Shown: in pieces, positions 33,307 through 41,846 of the stretch | Layout of the letters: the number at the start of each line of letters is the position of its first letter | Numbering within the stretch: position 1 is the first letter of the stretch | Assembly (NCBI GenBank): GCA_964451885.1 | Contig: CAYVJW010000002.1 | Location: 1-43,803, forward strand | Direction of reading: 5' to 3' | From: an uncultured Candidatus Peribacteria bacterium | GTDB lineage: Bacteria; Patescibacteriota; Gracilibacteria; UBA4473 | DNA length: 43,803 nt | Program-made: the position numbers and the translations under genes | Notes under the pieces: generated by a model | Databases searched by the model: none | What the model was told of the DNA's origin: nothing | Seen by the model: only the letters and a program-made list of their open reading frames with translations

Positions 33307-34680
33307 ATGAAAAAATCGTTCATTCTCGGTATCGGCTTAGTATTTCTTATCGGAATTCTTGTTCCTCTCTCGGAGGCTTCTCGGGATATTTATCATTCTT
33401 ATCTATTATCGGAAGGGAAGAAAAAGGAGCGCCGTTATTCCAGTAGAATTGCCCCATTTAATTACAAAGGGCGTTCAAGAAAAAGCCAAAAAACGTTTTC
33501 TCCCTATCCACATTACAGAGGGCAGGTTCGTTTTCCGGAGAAAGTAGCTGTCAAAAGAAGGCCGGAGTTTAATAACAAAAAAGCTCAAAAGATTCCTTTT
33601 TATTTTTCACTGCCAAAAGGATTCAGGCGAGTTGAAGACACGCTTGACTGGAGTAGTGGGACTCTGGAGTCTCAAAAAGGAACCTCTGTTTTTAAGGTTA
33701 TTGCCACGGATTATCGTTGCGAAGGAGGAAGTAATTATAAAAAATACTGCCTGAAACAAGCCGCAGAAGAACTTTTTAACGTCCTGAAAAAAGAATTTCC
33801 GGGAATGAGTGTTCGGGAAAAGAAAGCAATTTCGCTCCGAACTTTAGATCCGATTCAGCCAAACAAGAGGAAGCTGGGATGGTACATAAAGCTTCAAAAT
33901 AGAGAAGAAACAGTTTCACAGTTGGTTTTGCTTGAACCGACCCATGAATTTTTATGGACGGTAGGGATAAAATCCCAAAACAATCCTGAAGGAATTTTGA
34001 ATGACAAATATTCAACCCAAAAGATTATTAATTCCTTATTTGCAAAGCCGGAGTTTATTATAGCTTCCCGCCGGGTAGCGGCGAGAAAAATAGCAAAGCC
34101 GAGAGAAGTATCTTATCGCCGGTCTTCATCACACAGAATCCCAGTATATCTTACCTCTAGTTACCGTTCAGATGTAAAAATATCAGCCGATCAGATTCCT
34201 TTTGAGATGCAAGCGCCGAGAGGATTTGAAAAAATAATCGATACACTGGAATATGATTCGGGAGAAATAGTTTTAAAAGATAATAAAAATTCAACTATCC
34301 GAATAGTAGCTACCAATCAAAAATGCGAAGGAAACACACAAAGCAGAGATTCATATGAGAGGCGTTCTATACAGGAGTGCATCAATAACCAGGGAAAACT
34401 TTCAACAGAAGATTTAAGAAGTAAAACAGATATTCAAATTCTTCATGACGAAAGTACTATTGCTCGAACAACCATAGAACAAAGAGTATACCAGGAAGCG
34501 GGTCACTTTTTTATGGCCGTTGAAGATAAAAGCAAACGGCACGCCCAATTCACATTCAGAGATCCCCGAGACTATAATATCTGGAGGATTGAAATGGAAA
34601 TGCCGGAGAGAGGAATGGGGTTCTTGAAAGAAACTCCGATGGTGAAGAAGGTGATTTCTTCTTTGTTTTTCAAGAAATAA
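33307..34680 (+). CDS. secreted hypothetical protein with an internal domain duplication
   Basis: Signal-like N-terminus MKKSFILGIGLVFLIGILVPLSEA. Two paralogous segments: IPFYFSLPKGFRRVEDTLDWSSG...VIATDYRCEG and IPFEMQAPRGFEKIIDTLEYDSG...IVATNQKCEG. Confidence 0.6.
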   Translation: MKKSFILGIGLVFLIGILVPLSEASRDIYHSYLLSEGKKKERRYSSRIAPFNYKGRSRKSQKTFSPYPHYRGQVRFPEKVAVKRRPEFNNKKAQKIPFYFSLPKGFRRVEDTLDWSSGTLESQKGTSVFKVIATDYRCEGGSNYKKYCLKQAAEELFNVLKKEFPGMSVREKKAISLRTLDPIQPNKRKLGWYIKLQNREETVSQLVLLEPTHEFLWTVGIKSQNNPEGILNDKYSTQKIINSLFAKPEFIIASRRVAARKIAKPREVSYRRSSSHRIPVYLTSSYRSDVKISADQIPFEMQAPRGFEKIIDTLEYDSGEIVLKDNKNSTIRIVATNQKCEGNTQSRDSYERRSIQECINNQGKLSTEDLRSKTDIQILHDESTIARTTIEQRVYQEAGHFFMAVEDKSKRHAQFTFRDPRDYNIWRIEMEMPERGMGFLKETPMVKKVISSLFFKK

Positions 34681-34704
34681 CTAAGAATCGGACAAGCGGT
34701 TTTT

Positions 34705-35247
34705 TTACTCGCCCGCTCGTGCTCTTATTTTAGGCAAAAACCTCAATAAGTAATCCAAATCCGAAAGCCCCTCAAGCAGTCTTTTTTTCATAAAATTAGA
34801 AATTGAAAAAGAATAAATATTTCCTTCCCGGTCCATAATTTCCTGATTTTCCAAATCAATCGTCAAATCTTCACCGGAAGCCAGGAATTTTTGCACTGTA
34901 CTCTCTGGCAAAACAACAGGCAATATTTCATTTTTTTCCGCGTTGCCTTTAAAAATATCGGCAAATTCAGAAGTAATAATAACATCAATCCCTGCATCTT
35001 TTAATGCCCAGGGGGCATGCTCACGAGAAGATCCGCATCCGAAATTTTTCCCCGAGACAAGAATCCTTTGCTCTTTGAATTTGGGAAAATCAGGATCTGC
35101 CTTTCGAAGATTGGAAAACACATGCTTCCCCAGCCCTTTTTTTTCTGTGGTTTTCAAAAACTCTCCCGGAATAATGAGATCTGTATCGATGTCTTTTTGA
35201 GGAAGACAGACTATAGGGGAGGTAAAGCGTTTGAAAGTGTGTATCAT
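34705..35247 (-). CDS. leuD: 3-isopropylmalate dehydratase small subunit / aconitase swivel-domain protein
   Basis: DTDLIIPGEFLK and GKNFGCGSSREHAPWAL motifs. Confidence 0.85.
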   Translation of the reverse strand: MIHTFKRFTSPIVCLPQKDIDTDLIIPGEFLKTTEKKGLGKHVFSNLRKADPDFPKFKEQRILVSGKNFGCGSSREHAPWALKDAGIDVIITSEFADIFKGNAEKNEILPVVLPESTVQKFLASGEDLTIDLENQEIMDREGNIYSFSISNFMKKRLLEGLSDLDYLLRFLPKIRARAGE

Positions 35248-35281
35248 AAATAAAGAAAATACAGTTTACACAGTTGTTCCC

Positions 35282-35359
35282 AAATGGCTGGATGGTTAAA
35301 TGGCTAAATGGTTATAATGATTTTATCCAACCCTAAGCCATTTAACCATCCAGCCATTT
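35282..35359. repeat. 23-bp perfect inverted repeat built from 8-nt words (aaatggct, ggatggtt, ...), between the recA stop and the leuD start
   Basis: aaatggctggatggttaaatggc (35282-35304) is the exact reverse complement of 35337-35359. The loop is 32 nt. Confidence 0.85.
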
Positions 35360-35418
35360 AGCCATTTGAGAAATTAATTCCAGAAAGCAGCTTCTTATAG
35401 TTTTGCATAAAGGAGAAT

Positions 35419-36417
35419 TTACACTGCTGTCTTCTCTCTCACAATTTCATCAATTTCTTTTACTACTTCAGGATTTTCTTTCAGAAACTTTACCGTATTT
35501 TGTTTTCCTTGTCCCAGCTTTTTCTTGGCATAAGAATAAAATGCGCCGGATTTTTCAATGACATTTGTTCTGACGCCTACTTCTATTAAATCACCTATCT
35601 TTGATATGCCTTCATTAAACAATATGTCTATTTCCGCTGTTCTGAAAGGCGGGGAGACTTTGTTTTTTACAATCTTTATTCTTGCTACATTCCCGTGCGC
35701 TTCTTTTTTATCTCCTGTTCCTTCTTCGATCTTAGCGCCTTTTCGGATCTCCATTCTTACAGAAGAATAAAACTTCAACGCGTTTCCTCCCGTCGTGGTT
35801 TCTGGGTTTCCGAACATCACGCCAATCTTCATTCGAATTTGATTAATAAACATGATACTTGTCCCCATTTTTGAAGCAACAGCGGTCAGCTTTCTTAATG
35901 CCCGACTCATAAGTCTTGCCTGCAGGCCCATATTCTGATCTCCCATCTCTCCTTCAATCTCTGCCCGAGGGGTAAGAGCCGCTACGCTGTCAATGATAAT
36001 CAAATCCACTCCTCCCGATCTCACCAAGGCCTCGACAATATCAAGCGCTTGTTCTCCGGAATCAGGCTGGGAGAGAAGTAATTCGTCTACATTTATCCCG
36101 ACCTTTCGTGCATATTCCGGATCTAGCGCGTGTTCCGCGTCAATAAAAGCGACTGTTCCTCCTTTTTTCTGAAATTCCGCGGCCGCGTGAAGGCAAATCG
36201 TTGTTTTCCCGGAGCTTTCCGGTCCATAAACTTCAATAATTCGTCCTTTCGGATATCCGCCTCCCAGAGCAAGATCAATGGAAATTGATCCAGAAGGAAC
36301 TGTTTCAATATGGGCATGGTCATGTTCTCCCATTTTCATAATGGACCCTTTTCCGAAACTTTTTTCAATCTGCGCCAAAGCGGCATCTAAAGCGGCTTTT
36401 TTGTCATCTTTTACCAT
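35419..36417 (-). CDS. recA: recombinase RecA
   Basis: GPESSGKTT (Walker A), IIIDSVAAL, and the L1/L2 loop context. Confidence 0.97.
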   Translation of the reverse strand: MVKDDKKAALDAALAQIEKSFGKGSIMKMGEHDHAHIETVPSGSISIDLALGGGYPKGRIIEVYGPESSGKTTICLHAAAEFQKKGGTVAFIDAEHALDPEYARKVGINVDELLLSQPDSGEQALDIVEALVRSGGVDLIIIDSVAALTPRAEIEGEMGDQNMGLQARLMSRALRKLTAVASKMGTSIMFINQIRMKIGVMFGNPETTTGGNALKFYSSVRMEIRKGAKIEEGTGDKKEAHGNVARIKIVKNKVSPPFRTAEIDILFNEGISKIGDLIEVGVRTNVIEKSGAFYSYAKKKLGQGKQNTVKFLKENPEVVKEIDEIVREKTAV

Positions 36418-36482
36418 GAGAATTAGAATAAAGAATTACATATAAAAGAATTAAGGATTTCTGGATTTTATGCAAGGAAAGT

Positions 36483-36511
36483 TTGACTTATTAATAGTAC
36501 TCTGCTATAGT
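36483..36511 (+). promoter_or_regulatory. candidate strong promoter ttgact-17-tatagt, ~200 nt upstream of rnj
   Basis: ttgact at 36483-36488, 17-nt spacer, tatagt at 36506-36511. Confidence 0.4.
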
Positions 36512-36707
36512 TTACCAGATATTAAAGTCTAATTCTGGACTTTTTAACAATTTTTCCCCGACAAACAGAGGGAATAATAACTCAATAAAACCTTTTTAGG
36601 TTGAGTTAAACGATCTTTTAAAAATTTATTATTAAATACATATTGTATTTGAGCAGGTAAACATATTTTTACTAGCTCGATTTTTTAAACATATAAAACT
36701 AAAATTT

Positions 36708-38633
36708 ATGGAAAAAGACAAACTTTCGCAGTGGCTTGAAAAGAAGGGGTTATATCCGGGAAAAAAAAGTACTAACAATTCTTTAAAACCCAAAATAAAT
36801 CCCCCTACTGCACAAAAAACAAAAAGCCAAAAAACGAAATTCCCCAAAAAAACTAAAAAAACAAGGAGCGGAATAGCAAAACATTCAGGAAGACAGCAAT
36901 TTTCAAAAACTGACCCGTTTTTGCACCGTCCGACGGTAGAAAAACGGGAACGTTTTCATCCGACTAAATTTCTTTCGACAATAAACGTCGGAGATATTCG
37001 TATTGTGCCTTTGGGGGGGGTGGAACAAGTGGGAGAAAATACGATGTTCCTTGAATGGGGGGATGACATCATAATTATTGATACCGGATTTTTATTTCCT
37101 TCTCCTGAACATTTGGGAATAGACGTTTTGGTTCCGGATATTTCCTATTTGAAAAAAAATAAGCATAAAATCCGCGGTATTATTTATACGCACGGCCATC
37201 TTGACCATATAGGAGGCGTGCCGTATACCGTTCCGGAGCTAGGATTTCCCCAAATGTATGCGACCCGGCTCACAAAGGAGCTTATTTTCGCGCAGTGCGA
37301 CGAACACGGAATTAAAGACAAATTAAAAATTGCGGAAATTACTCCAAAGTCAAAAATCCGGCTTGGGAAATTTGAATTCGAATTTTTTCACATTAATCAT
37401 TCCATTCCGGATGGAGTAGGGATTGTGGCCCATACTCCGTATGGATCGATTGTGCATTCTTCCGATTTCAAGTTTGACTATAATCCTTCAGATGACCAGC
37501 CTATTGATCTGAGTAGGATTGCGCAAATAGGAAAAAATGGAATTGCTTTAGCTATGGTAGATTCTACTAGTGCCGGAAAATCCGGCCATACCCTTTCGGA
37601 GTCAGTTATTGAAAACACCATTGCAAGAATCGTTCTTGACGCTAAGGGAAGGCTTATCATAGCGACTTTTGCTTCCAATATAGGCAGAATTTCCAAAATC
37701 ATTGAAACCGCTGAAAAGTGCGGACGGACCGTTTTTATTTCCGGAAGGTCGATGGAAAAGAATATTGCTATTGCCAGGAAATTAAATTATTTGCGGTGTA
37801 AAGACAAAACACTTAATCGAATGGGGCCATTGGCGAGAAAACTTCCCCCCAATAGAGTATTGATTCTTTCTACCGGATCCCAGGGAGAAGAACTCGCAGC
37901 GCTTACCAGAATGGCTGCCGGCACTCATTCTGATGTTAAACTTAATGCTGAAGATACGGTGGTTTTTTCCTCATCTCCCATTCCGGGGAATGAAATAGCG
38001 ATTGTTTCGGTACTGAATAATTTGGCGGAAATAGGAGTAAAGATGGTGGATTACCGGCAAATGGATATTCATGTTTCCGGGCACGGGCATGCGGAAGAAT
38101 GTAAACTTATGACGTCCCTGCTTAACCCAAAATATTTTGCACCCATTCATGGGGAAGTGTACATGCGAAACGAACATCGGAATTTAATCATCGATAATTT
38201 ACAAATAAAAAAGGAAAATACTTTTATGATGAAAAATGGCCAAGGAGTAGTCCTTAATGCCAAAGGGGCACGCCTTATGACAGAAAAAGAGCGCGTTGCC
38301 GGAAGAGAAACTCTTATCGAACTTGGAGAAAAAGTACATGACCAGGTGATGGAAGATAGAAAATTGATTTCTGATGCCGGAGTGATTTTTATTTCCATTC
38401 AGCATGAAAAAGGAACGATAAAAGAGGTTAACATTCGGGCTCGGGGATTTTTATACATGAACATGGAGCACGAGATTTTTAAACTTCTCGAAAAAACAAT
38501 AAAGGAAACTTTTATCAGAAACTTCGATCCGGCAAGGCCTATTCGGGTGCTCGAAAAACCTCTAAAAATTTCCGCGCAGAAAATGATTCTTCAGAAGTTT
38601 AAGAAAGAACCTGTTATAGAAGTGATTTTGTAG
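36708..38633 (+). CDS. rnj: ribonuclease J (metallo-beta-lactamase/beta-CASP) with a ~90-aa Lys-rich N-terminal extension
   Basis: HGHLDHIGG motif, beta-CASP region, and the HVSGHG motif. Confidence 0.9.
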   Translation: MEKDKLSQWLEKKGLYPGKKSTNNSLKPKINPPTAQKTKSQKTKFPKKTKKTRSGIAKHSGRQQFSKTDPFLHRPTVEKRERFHPTKFLSTINVGDIRIVPLGGVEQVGENTMFLEWGDDIIIIDTGFLFPSPEHLGIDVLVPDISYLKKNKHKIRGIIYTHGHLDHIGGVPYTVPELGFPQMYATRLTKELIFAQCDEHGIKDKLKIAEITPKSKIRLGKFEFEFFHINHSIPDGVGIVAHTPYGSIVHSSDFKFDYNPSDDQPIDLSRIAQIGKNGIALAMVDSTSAGKSGHTLSESVIENTIARIVLDAKGRLIIATFASNIGRISKIIETAEKCGRTVFISGRSMEKNIAIARKLNYLRCKDKTLNRMGPLARKLPPNRVLILSTGSQGEELAALTRMAAGTHSDVKLNAEDTVVFSSSPIPGNEIAIVSVLNNLAEIGVKMVDYRQMDIHVSGHGHAEECKLMTSLLNPKYFAPIHGEVYMRNEHRNLIIDNLQIKKENTFMMKNGQGVVLNAKGARLMTEKERVAGRETLIELGEKVHDQVMEDRKLISDAGVIFISIQHEKGTIKEVNIRARGFLYMNMEHEIFKLLEKTIKETFIRNFDPARPIRVLEKPLKISAQKMILQKFKKEPVIEVIL

Positions 38634-38697
38634 TTTATAAGCAAAAGGAAACTTTCAAAATATTGAAAAATATCTTTCTAAAAGTACACTTAAGCGG

Positions 38698-40329
38698 ATG
38701 CAAAAATATTTTACAAAAATCCTCATAGGAAGTAGTATAGCCATTATTCTAGGAACTTTGATTTATGTTTTTTGGCCTTCAATAACTCACGTTTTTACAG
38801 AAATAACGGAATTGTATTTTGAAGAAGATGCAGTTATTTCCGAAAACGAAGTGAAAAAAAAGAAAGGAATAACCAGGAAAATCTCTTACAGAGGGCGGAT
38901 GAGGGAGGCGAAAAAATTAATTGAGCATGAATATTATACCATTGCCACTTTGGAGCTTTTATCGGCCATAAAAGAAAAACCGGATCTTATTGAACCTTAC
39001 TTAATATTGGGAGAAGTTTACTTGAGGATGAACGCCCCTCTAAAACTGAAAAACCTGATTACCGAGCTAAATGAACGTTTTCCTGAAAATATTGATGTTT
39101 TCGTATTGGAGGTGAGAAGGCTTATTCTGGAAGGAGAATTTTCAAAAGTATTGGATTTTATCAGTGGGATGGGGGAATTGTCATCTCCCGACCTAAAATT
39201 TTATTTAGCAATGTTAAAAGCATTACAGAACGATCACGTCTCGGCGCAAAAAATATTAAGGGAATTGGAAGCGTTGGCTGTGAAATCCAAAGAATTTGCA
39301 ATCATAAAAACAGGGGAGGCAAGTGAAGAGAATTCATTCGACCCATTCGACAAACTTAGGGTTTCCAACAAGCTCAGGACAAGTGAAGAAAATGAGGACA
39401 ATAAAAATGAAAAAAGTTCCGTTTCATTGGAATTTACACACAAAGTGTCAGAGCTGGCTATTGTTTATGAAGAATTTGAAGAAATTACAGAAGGAAAAAA
39501 CCCTCATCTTTTTGCGCTCCTTGCAAAGGCTTTGGCGCAGAATGCGGAAGGTAGATTGGCGAGGGAGTTTGCCGATACGGCTATTAAAGAGGATGTTTCT
39601 TATATTGATGCCTGGATTTTGCGCGGGTATGCGAATTTTTTATTAAAAGACACCGAGAATGCTTTAAAAGACTTGCGCCATGCGTACGAATTAGATCCAA
39701 TCCGCCCAAGGGTTCATTATTTCCTGGCGCTTGCGCTTCATGAAGCCGGAAAAAATGAAGAAGCTGTGTTATTTTTTGAAAAAGCCCTTGAACATAAATT
39801 TGAATTTTCAGATGAAATTCGATGGAAATTAGTGGATATTTTCAACAAACAAAAAAAATACGGGCAGGTTTTAGACCTTTATAAGGAGCTATTGGATGAA
39901 ACAGTCCCCCGGAAGAAGTTTACTACTGCAATGCATACTATTATAAACTTAATGAAAAATCCGAAAGCCGCACTGAAACTAACAGAAACTCTGGCTGAAA
40001 AAAAAACAGACAATGTTTTTATATTGAATATGCACTCATGGGCGCTTGTTGCAAATGAAAAATATATTGAGGCAGAAGAAGTTCTAAAAAAAGCCGAGGA
40101 ACTTGAGCCGGAAAACCCACGAACATTTTTAAATTTTGGAGTGCTCTATGAGGCTCAAAATAAATTCGAAGCAGCAAAAAAATTCTATAAAAAAAGTTAT
40201 GAACTCGGGAGTAATACAGAACAAAACACAGTTACCGATTTAGCGGCCCAAAAATACAACGAACTGATTGAACTCGAGAAAGAAATTCCTTTTACGTCTG
40301 ATAAGGGAAGGCCGGCACATGCACCATAA
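38698..40329 (+). CDS. membrane-anchored TPR-repeat protein
   Basis: N-terminal TM helix. Multiple TPR-like 34-residue units (e.g. AWILRGYANFLLKDTENALKDLRHAYELDP). Confidence 0.7.
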   Translation: MQKYFTKILIGSSIAIILGTLIYVFWPSITHVFTEITELYFEEDAVISENEVKKKKGITRKISYRGRMREAKKLIEHEYYTIATLELLSAIKEKPDLIEPYLILGEVYLRMNAPLKLKNLITELNERFPENIDVFVLEVRRLILEGEFSKVLDFISGMGELSSPDLKFYLAMLKALQNDHVSAQKILRELEALAVKSKEFAIIKTGEASEENSFDPFDKLRVSNKLRTSEENEDNKNEKSSVSLEFTHKVSELAIVYEEFEEITEGKNPHLFALLAKALAQNAEGRLAREFADTAIKEDVSYIDAWILRGYANFLLKDTENALKDLRHAYELDPIRPRVHYFLALALHEAGKNEEAVLFFEKALEHKFEFSDEIRWKLVDIFNKQKKYGQVLDLYKELLDETVPRKKFTTAMHTIINLMKNPKAALKLTETLAEKKTDNVFILNMHSWALVANEKYIEAEEVLKKAEELEPENPRTFLNFGVLYEAQNKFEAAKKFYKKSYELGSNTEQNTVTDLAAQKYNELIELEKEIPFTSDKGRPAHAP

Positions 40330-40346
40330 AAGGGGCAAGGCCCTAA

Positions 40347-41846
40347 TTAGCCTTTCTTTACAACCTTTGTTACTCGTACTTTGTTCCCGGGAGGGAAATA
40401 TTTTATTTCATCCTTAAAAGCAAACCGTAGAATAGTAACCAACCCCAAACCATGAAATTCTCTTCTTGCTTTCTCCGTCGCTTCTTTCGGATTAGCGTTC
40501 AAGAGTTTTTGGTAGTCAAAACCAGGCCCATCGTCTTCAATAGTCAACTCGTATCGTATTTCTTGTTCAGTTTCTTTTACTTGAAAATGAGCTCTTACTT
40601 TTTTGCGGCGATTTTCCGGTAAATTACATCGTTTTTCAAGTTCCTCTCCAAAATCAACAGAACGATTTCTCATGAGTTCTGTTTTTTCTTCAGAAGAAAG
40701 TCCAATAATTCCGTATTCAAGTCCGTTCATTAGCAATTCATGAATAGCAGATTCAAAAAACATGGGAGCAGTTCCCGTATTCTTTCCAAAAAAAGAAGCC
40801 AATGCAATCGATAAATCCCTCACCTCCGAAGGTGTGTGACAACTTCCTTTGTATTCCTTAGTAAGTAGTCCCAAGGCATCAAGAACTCTTTCTTTTTCCT
40901 GATTAGAAATATCTTGAAAAATCCCCTCTATTCGAACGCGCTTATTTGCATACACGAAGACTTCCCCCATAGAACGAATAGTAACAATATGACCCTCTTC
41001 ATGTTTTAATTCGTGAGAAATATCATATTTAGCGCTACCTATTTTTTTTTCGCTTACCTCTTGATTAATTTTCGCATTTTTAATAGCCAATTCTAATTCC
41101 TCTTTTACTCTGTTTTGATCTTTCTCAGAAACTAATTTAATAAATTGATCAACTCCATTGAGACAGTCTAAATCTTTTCCCAACAGCTTCCTAAATACTG
41201 GGGAATGCGCTATCTTCCCGCTTTGCATGTCCCATTCCCAACTTCCAATACTAGCTATTTCTTGGGCATGACATAGTTTTTCATGATTCCTTTGAAGAGC
41301 CCTTTCTGTTTTCTTTTGCTCAATTATTCCAGCCAAAACATTAGCTAATCCCCATAGATAAGGCCTTACTTCTTCCTGATTATTTTCCTGTCCGGCTTGA
41401 AGATAAAGATTTAACACGCCCAAGAGTTTTTCTTTTGAAATCATGGGAACACAATAATGGCCATGATTATGTATTCCCTCGTAAGTAATCTCATGTGCTC
41501 CGGGATTATCCGGATCCAAATGAGTTGAATGAATAATATCCTTACGTTCTGCTGCTTGCCCGCATAAGCATCTTCCGACCCTAATCCGCGCACACTTTAC
41601 TAAAAGCTGGGGATCTAGATCTTTTTGAGTTTTGAGAACCAGTTCGTTTTGATCATTCATTAAAAAAATAGATCCCTTTGACTCAATCGCCAACCAAGGA
41701 TCGGACAGGATTATATCGAGACAGTCCACGAGCAACTGATCAAGTGTTAAATCCTCACGGGCTTTTTCATTTAAAGAATTTATCGTTTCAAGCATTTGAG
41801 CTCGACGATCATTTGTCTCCTTGTTTGTATCAAGTGATATGGTCAT
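40347..41846 (-). CDS. GAF-PAS sensor protein with a C-terminal RsbW/SpoIIAB-type HATPase domain and no recognisable HisKA
   Basis: GAF-like RVGRCLCGQAAE...VPMISKEKLLGVLNLY. PAS-like IGSWEWDMQSGK...GIFQDISNQEKE. N-box HELLMNGLEYG, G1 IEDDGPGFD, G2 GLGLVTI. Confidence 0.7.
   Translation of the reverse strand: MTISLDTNKETNDRRAQMLETINSLNEKAREDLTLDQLLVDCLDIILSDPWLAIESKGSIFLMNDQNELVLKTQKDLDPQLLVKCARIRVGRCLCGQAAERKDIIHSTHLDPDNPGAHEITYEGIHNHGHYCVPMISKEKLLGVLNLYLQAGQENNQEEVRPYLWGLANVLAGIIEQKKTERALQRNHEKLCHAQEIASIGSWEWDMQSGKIAHSPVFRKLLGKDLDCLNGVDQFIKLVSEKDQNRVKEELELAIKNAKINQEVSEKKIGSAKYDISHELKHEEGHIVTIRSMGEVFVYANKRVRIEGIFQDISNQEKERVLDALGLLTKEYKGSCHTPSEVRDLSIALASFFGKNTGTAPMFFESAIHELLMNGLEYGIIGLSSEEKTELMRNRSVDFGEELEKRCNLPENRRKKVRAHFQVKETEQEIRYELTIEDDGPGFDYQKLLNANPKEATEKARREFHGLGLVTILRFAFKDEIKYFPPGNKVRVTKVVKKG

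Noticed and set aside
41020-41060. Histidine-kinase H-box in the sensor protein (peptide ISHELKH)
   Set aside because: The position and surrounding pattern (YDISHELKHEEGHIVTIRS...GIFQDIS) fit the PAS-domain beta-strands. The segment is too close to the PAS core and lacks the following P-L and helical dimerisation context.
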